Positions 59,280 to 64,000 of a DNA stretch of 64,000 nucleotides are shown here, piece by piece. The notes beneath the pieces were generated by a model. It did not search any database and was not told where the DNA came from. It saw only the letters and a program-made list of their open reading frames with translations. Every line of letters begins with the position of its first letter. Position 1 is the first letter of the stretch. The stretch is from NCBI GenBank assembly GCA_030680695.1, contig JAUXUT010000149.1:103801-167800 (forward strand). The letters run 5' to 3'. Both the position numbers and the translations under genes were made by a program. This stretch comes from a bacterium (lineage in GTDB: Bacteria > Patescibacteriota > Minisyncoccia > Phycocordibacterales > UBA6065).

Positions 59280-59963
59280 TTATAAACTGATGAATAATGC
59301 CACAGCTATGGCGAGCAGGACGACGTCAAATATAATTCGGCCTTTCTTTGTTTCTATGCGGCGCAATCGATCTGCTTTTTCGAGGGCTGTCTTGCTCGTA
59401 GATGCAAGGAGAATAAGGATGAGCGGCAGGACAAACACTGCATTGTACACAAGCAGATATCCGAATCCTTGCCAGAACGTCGCCTGATCGTGCAAGAGGG
59501 AGAGCACGAAAAGATATGGCCCGCCCGTGCACGGAAACTCGAAGAGGCCAACGAGGATACCGAGCAGGAACGCCGCAGGCATGGTGCCTTTGCTGATGAT
59601 TTTCGCCAATATCGGATGACTCACCGTCGGCATTTTTAGCCTGATTGGAAAGGAAGGGAAGAATTCACCTGCGAGTCCGATTACACTGTACAAGCCGAGA
59701 ATCACCGCACCAATCTTACCCAAAGCATTCGGCACAGCGAGGATCGACAATACATGGAGTATTCCCAGTCCGATGAGGATATAGACGAAGGCGATACCCA
59801 AGACGTACAAACCTCCTGCTGCGAGGATATGTTTGCGACCCTTGTTAAGACTGAATAGGAAAGCAATGGAAAGGAAAAGCACCGAGAAGGCGCACGGGTT
59901 GATGCTGTCGGCTGCGGCCGCTCCAAGAATCACCGGAAGGAACCAGGTTTCGGTACCTGTCAT
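59280..59963 (-). CDS. ccdA: Cytochrome c biogenesis/thiol-disulfide transporter CcdA (DsbD TM core) family
   Basis: DSINPCAFSVL and FEFPCTGGPY conserved Cys-containing TM motifs. Six TM helices. Confidence 0.8.
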   Translation of the reverse strand: MTGTETWFLPVILGAAAADSINPCAFSVLFLSIAFLFSLNKGRKHILAAGGLYVLGIAFVYILIGLGILHVLSILAVPNALGKIGAVILGLYSVIGLAGEFFPSFPIRLKMPTVSHPILAKIISKGTMPAAFLLGILVGLFEFPCTGGPYLFVLSLLHDQATFWQGFGYLLVYNAVFVLPLILILLASTSKTALEKADRLRRIETKKGRIIFDVVLLAIAVALFISL

Positions 59964-60514
59964 ATGAGTGAACGGTTATGAGTCTTGTTGGTCTGAGCAC
60001 GTAGACGTAAGTATCGGACACCATATGTGACCAGACCATATGCCCCAAACAGCGACCATGAATACCAGATGTCGCCAGCTAATGCGTTGCGGAAGAACGG
60101 CAGTCCAGCCACCAGCGATGCGGTCAGTCCTTCGATACCCGGCGCGTAGGACGATCCGAAAAACCATACTGCCGCGTTGGTGATAAAGAAGAACAAGGTC
60201 GATCCAGCCATAGCGGCAAGTCCAATCGAAACTGGGTTTTTGCGATTACGTATGGCGAGGCCAAGCAATCCAGAAAGGGCCATAGCCGCGTATACCGTCG
60301 CATTCATTTGCCATGCGTAGAATCCGATGAATATGTCGCTTACCACCATAGCTGTCACAGGCACAATGAACGCGAATCGCGGTCCAAGATACGCACCCGC
60401 AAAAAGTCCAATCGCGATAATCGGCGTAAAGTTCCACGCGTGAGGCATCAATCGTCCAGCCACACCAAGGGCGACAAGAACCGTTGCGAGTATGATTTTA
60501 GTTCGAGTGCTCAT
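59960..60514 (-). CDS. Integral membrane protein (ECF S-component-like), hypothetical
   Basis: 184 aa, about 6 TM. Translationally coupled (overlap) to the DUF4430 gene upstream and ccdA downstream. Confidence 0.35.
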   Translation of the reverse strand: MSTRTKIILATVLVALGVAGRLMPHAWNFTPIIAIGLFAGAYLGPRFAFIVPVTAMVVSDIFIGFYAWQMNATVYAAMALSGLLGLAIRNRKNPVSIGLAAMAGSTLFFFITNAAVWFFGSSYAPGIEGLTASLVAGLPFFRNALAGDIWYSWSLFGAYGLVTYGVRYLRLRAQTNKTHNRSLI

Positions 60515-61526
60515 GGTTTAAACCCTGGAAGGAAGTGAATGCAAGATATCTACGTATGAACTCCTCGATAGGTATGTCTAGTATTATAAGCGGGTCATCA
60601 ACAATTAGCTCTGTAGTCGTCTGTGTGACGGGCGTCGGTGTGGTCAATACACCCGTTTGTTCATTAGTCGTTGAATTAACCGCTGTTGGTGTCTGTCGGT
60701 TGCCGTGAGAAGAACCAGACGAGCCCGATGAACTCGATCCGTTGGTTGGTGTCTGGGCAGGTGCTGGCTCGGTGACGACTAGTATTTCTGCCGGATAGTA
60801 ATAATCCGATGCGATGCCGACGCTGTAAGTTCCAGGTACCGTAACAGCGATGCGAGCGATGCCGTCAGAGCCGCTTTTTCCTGAGAAGCGGACAAGAGGG
60901 GAGTATGGATCGTCTGGATTAGGTTGAGTTACGCCGATATCTGCACCAGAAAGAGGTTTCCATACGCCGTTCATGTGGTCATATGATTCAGCGAGAGCCT
61001 CGACAGTATTCGAAGCATTTATGTTGGACTGTGCGAGCGTCACTTTGCGAGGGCTTCCGAAGTAAAAATACACAGTGTCACCATTTGATAACACATATTT
61101 ATCTGATCCGATTGGTGGATATGTCGATCCGACGACATACTGCCAGTTTCCACAAGCATTACCAGATATGGCCGCGATGCTTATGCAATCAACAAAGAGC
61201 GAACCGAAGTCGGCATAGTATCGAAGTCCAGACAATGTGAATTCTGCAGACGCAGAATCAGCAGCTGCAAGCGCGGCGAGGGCACTGTTAGAAGGTATGT
61301 CGCGCAGATTTCCGCTATTGTCCAAAACTTGGGTAGTGACACCGGAATGGATCGATACCGGACCTTCCCACACGAGCGATGATTTGTGTCTGAGGTTCAC
61401 AGTCACTGATATCGATGGAGGGGACAGGGTTTCGATTGGTTCGGTAGAGCTCGCCGATTCATCGGCTATTACGTTGATAGGGGTAATTAAGAAGACTGAC
61501 AAAATCAGCGCGGTGATGGTTCTCAT
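60498..61526 (-). CDS. Secreted DUF4430 (transcobalamin beta-domain-like) protein with Ser/Thr-rich linker
   Basis: Signal peptide. GNACGNWQYVVGSTYPPIGSDKYVLSNGDTVYFYFG resembles the DUF4430 W.Y.VNG....G.....L.dGD.V.w.y core. Second similar domain plus STG-rich linker. Confidence 0.5.
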   Translation of the reverse strand: MRTITALILSVFLITPINVIADESASSTEPIETLSPPSISVTVNLRHKSSLVWEGPVSIHSGVTTQVLDNSGNLRDIPSNSALAALAAADSASAEFTLSGLRYYADFGSLFVDCISIAAISGNACGNWQYVVGSTYPPIGSDKYVLSNGDTVYFYFGSPRKVTLAQSNINASNTVEALAESYDHMNGVWKPLSGADIGVTQPNPDDPYSPLVRFSGKSGSDGIARIAVTVPGTYSVGIASDYYYPAEILVVTEPAPAQTPTNGSSSSGSSGSSHGNRQTPTAVNSTTNEQTGVLTTPTPVTQTTTELIVDDPLIILDIPIEEFIRRYLAFTSFQGLNHEHSN

Positions 61527-61592
61527 GAATCGATTGTAGCCCTTCCGCTATTCGGTTTCAATGTTTCGAAATCTTTAAACTATAGGGTAAAG

Positions 61593-61622
61593 AAAAGCGC
61601 AAGGCGTTCCGCCTTGCGCCGT
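61593..61622 (-). terminator. Rho-independent terminator of the ArsR gene (minus strand)
   Basis: gcgcaaggcg-ttcc-gccttgcgc with a T-run on the minus strand (plus-strand aaagaaaa precedes). Confidence 0.7.
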
Positions 61623-61647
61623 GGTTCCCATGATGGTCTTGTGATGA

Positions 61648-61953
61648 CTAGGCCACCAGTTTCTTGTGCCTCAGATCGTGGAGAATCTTGCACGGCTCGA
61701 CGATGCGTGGATCAACGATGCGGTAAAAGATGTTGAGACCATTCCTGCGAGGCACCACAAGGCCATTATGGCGCATCAAGGCCAGGTGCTGGGACAGGTT
61801 CGCCTTTGGCAAACGTGTGGTTTTGCGCAATTCCTCTACAGAAGTCTCGCGTTTTTTGAGGATGTTGAGGATTTCGAGCCTTTTTGAGTTCGAAAGCAGT
61901 TTGTATATGAGCGCGTTCTTCTGGTACGCCTCCTTTGGCAGGGGAGATTTCAT
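61648..61953 (-). CDS. ArsR/SmtB family transcriptional regulator
   Basis: LSNSKRLEILNILKKRETSVEELRKTTRLPKANLSQHLALMRHNGLV is a wHTH of the ArsR family. Confidence 0.85.
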   Translation of the reverse strand: MKSPLPKEAYQKNALIYKLLSNSKRLEILNILKKRETSVEELRKTTRLPKANLSQHLALMRHNGLVVPRRNGLNIFYRIVDPRIVEPCKILHDLRHKKLVA

Positions 61954-62128
61954 AGTTTCGATAATGGAATACTTATGTCGACACTATACCATCCCCGTCA
62001 GGCGCTCGCCAGAGGCCTCGACATGACGACTTATCCCCGAATTTTTGACCTCATCCTTGCTGCTCTCGTGGACGCACGTGTATAATAGTTTCAATATTAC
62101 GAAATAACGAAATTAATCACACTTAGAC

Positions 62129-64000
62129 ATGGCGACACAGCAAACGAACCTGTGGGGCAAGGCGGATGACACGTCAGGAGCATCGCTCGTAAAAAGAGTG
62201 CAGAAGAGGAATGGCACCATCGTCGCATTCAACCGTGAGAAGATTGTAAGAGCCGTCGATCGAGCCATGCGCTCGGCACATGAAGGTTCTCTCGATGAAG
62301 CCGACAAAGTTGCTGATGCTGTCATTCGTGATATTGCATCCATCGCCATCAAGTACCGTACGTTCGTACCAACTGTAGAAGGTATTCAAGACACCGTTGA
62401 ACGAGAACTCATCATTGGTCAGTATGCTCAGGCAGCAAAAGCCTTCATCTTGTACAGGAACGAGCGCGCCAAGGCGCGCCAAACGCGTCGCGAAGTGCCT
62501 GAAGGTGTTAAACGCCTCGCCGAAGAGAGCAAGAAGCACTTCAAAAATCCGCTCGGTGAATTTGTTTACTATCGAACATATGCTCGATGGATTGAATCTG
62601 AATCGCGCCGCGAAACCTGGGTCGAGACAGTGGATCGATACATAGGATTCATGAAAGAAAATCTCGGCGAGAAACTCACAGAAGCAGAATACGCGGAAGT
62701 ACGCGAGGCCATCTTGCGCCAAGAAGTGATGCCATCGATGCGTTTGCTCCAATTTGCCGGACCAGCCGCAAGAAAAACTAATGTCTGCGCGTATAACTGC
62801 TCGTTCATCGCACCTGAAAGTTATCGCGACCTCGCCGAAATCATGTACGTGTCTATGTGTGGCACTGGTGTCGGATGGTCGGTCGAGAGCAGAAACGTAC
62901 AGAAGTTTGATCAGATCAAGTTCCAGACGGGCAAGAAGCGTCCAACACACGTTGTTGCCGACAGTAAGGAAGGTTGGGCCGACTCCCTTGTTGCAGGCAT
63001 GGACGCATGGGTTGGCGGTGAAGACATCGAATTCGACTTCAGTCTTTTGCGTCCTTCTGGTGCGCGCCTAAAAACTATGGGAGGCAAGGCGTCTGGTCCA
63101 GAGCCGCTCAAGAGGCTTCTTGCTTTCGCTCGCCAGAAGATGCTCGCCAGCCAGGGCAAGCGCCTGCGCAACATCGATGTTCACGACATTATTTGCATGA
63201 TCGGCGATTGCGTCGTTTCTGGTGGAGTGAGGCGCAGCGCCATGATTTCGCTCTCGGACCTTGATGACACTGACATCCGCGACTCCAAAAAAGGTGCGTT
63301 TTATACGACCGAATCCCAGCGAATGCTCGCCAACAACTCGGCTGTATATCTGTCCAAGCCAACTAACGTCGAGTTCATGGAAGAATGGATCGCACTCATG
63401 AAATCTGGGTCCGGTGAGCGAGGAATATTCAACCGCGGATCGCTTGCGGCCACATTGCCTGCGCGTCGCATCGAACACCTCAAAACCTATGACGGATATT
63501 TTGACGCCTCCGGCTCGATCATCGGACCTTTGGGCACCAATCCGTGCGGCGAAATTATTTTGCAGTCCAAACAGTTCTGTAACTTGTCTGAAGTTGTGGC
63601 TCGTAAGGGCGACACCCGCGAAGATCTTCTGCGCAAGGCGCGTCTTGCCGCCATCATCGGCACATATCAAGCGACACTCACAAATTTCCAATACTTGTCT
63701 AGGGAGTGGAAGGATCATTGCGAGGCCGAAAGATTGCTCGGTGTATCTGTGACCGGCCTTTGGGACTGTCACGAAGCGCGCGACCCAGACAGTCTGCGAG
63801 CAATGCGTGAAGAATCAGTACGGGCCAATGCCGAATATTCCGCAAAGTTTGGTATCAACGCGTCTACATGCGTTACCTGCGTTAAACCATCAGGCACAGT
63901 GTCGCAAACCGTAGATTGTTCGTCTGGCATGCACCCTCGCCATGCGCCTTATTACATCCGACGTGTGCGTATTGCCGCTACTGATTCACTATTCAAGATG
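62129..64000 (+). CDS. nrdJ: Adenosylcobalamin-dependent (class II) ribonucleotide reductase with N-terminal ATP-cone. 3' end runs off the window
   Basis: ATP-cone VQKRNGTIVAFNREKIVRAV. Active-site NPCGEI motif. No stop codon before position 64000. Confidence 0.8.
   Translation, partial: MATQQTNLWGKADDTSGASLVKRVQKRNGTIVAFNREKIVRAVDRAMRSAHEGSLDEADKVADAVIRDIASIAIKYRTFVPTVEGIQDTVERELIIGQYAQAAKAFILYRNERAKARQTRREVPEGVKRLAEESKKHFKNPLGEFVYYRTYARWIESESRRETWVETVDRYIGFMKENLGEKLTEAEYAEVREAILRQEVMPSMRLLQFAGPAARKTNVCAYNCSFIAPESYRDLAEIMYVSMCGTGVGWSVESRNVQKFDQIKFQTGKKRPTHVVADSKEGWADSLVAGMDAWVGGEDIEFDFSLLRPSGARLKTMGGKASGPEPLKRLLAFARQKMLASQGKRLRNIDVHDIICMIGDCVVSGGVRRSAMISLSDLDDTDIRDSKKGAFYTTESQRMLANNSAVYLSKPTNVEFMEEWIALMKSGSGERGIFNRGSLAATLPARRIEHLKTYDGYFDASGSIIGPLGTNPCGEIILQSKQFCNLSEVVARKGDTREDLLRKARLAAIIGTYQATLTNFQYLSREWKDHCEAERLLGVSVTGLWDCHEARDPDSLRAMREESVRANAEYSAKFGINASTCVTCVKPSGTVSQTVDCSSGMHPRHAPYYIRRVRIAATDSLFKM

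Noticed and set aside
61527-61647. Cobalamin riboswitch upstream of the DUF4430 gene
   Set aside because: Only about 120 nt are available, most of it occupied by the ArsR terminator. No B12-box (GCCACTG-like) or conserved riboswitch core found.
62174-63772. 258-aa and 234-aa minus-strand ORFs inside the nrdJ region
   Set aside because: The plus-strand frame from ATG 62129 translates into an ATP-cone and a class II RNR with NPCGEI and reads open to the window end. The minus ORFs are antisense artefacts.

Overview
This 64-kb window looks like a compact chromosomal segment of a roughly 55% GC bacterium. Genes are short and tightly packed, with many small secreted or membrane proteins, encoded tRNAs lacking CCA, and candidate promoters with a -10 hexamer ending only 7-8 nt before the ATG (lexA, DUF4430 gene). 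That gene content suggests a small-genome or Patescibacteria-like organism, but this is a weak inference. Core genes I can support from sequence are ligA, gatC/gatA, prfB (short RF2), ftsE/ftsX, seven tRNAs (Met-CAU-like x2, Asp, Thr x2, Gln, Ser), a DEAD-box helicase, an ABC-F ATPase, RNase J, secG, an HtpX/LemA module, lexA, radC and a 5'-partial class II RNR (nrdJ, with ATP-cone). Accessory content includes (1) a beta-glucan (cellulose-like) locus with GH8, a GT-C mannosyltransferase-like protein, a BcsA-like processive GT2 lacking PilZ, and a convergent secreted GH6 cellulase with tandem Ig-like repeats. (2) An SOS-type promoter with a GAAC-N4-GTTC box sitting exactly in the -35/-10 spacer, driving small ORF-lexA-unknown-Pif1-like helicase. 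(3) A promoter-plus-hairpin element present twice in convergent intergenic regions, about 80% identical. (4) A DUF3494 beta-helix fused to a sortase catalytic domain. (5) A membrane-anchored HEPN-like (Rx4HxG) protein. (6) A solitary MazF/PemK-fold protein. (7) A protein with two tandem YfbR-type HD domains. (8) Two Trx-like/thiol-disulfide membrane-protein pairs. (9) A DUF4430 (transcobalamin-like) plus membrane protein plus ArsR unit beside nrdJ. I found no CRISPR array, no rRNA, and no intact transposase or integrase. A low-GC islet carries a truncated HNH nuclease fragment.
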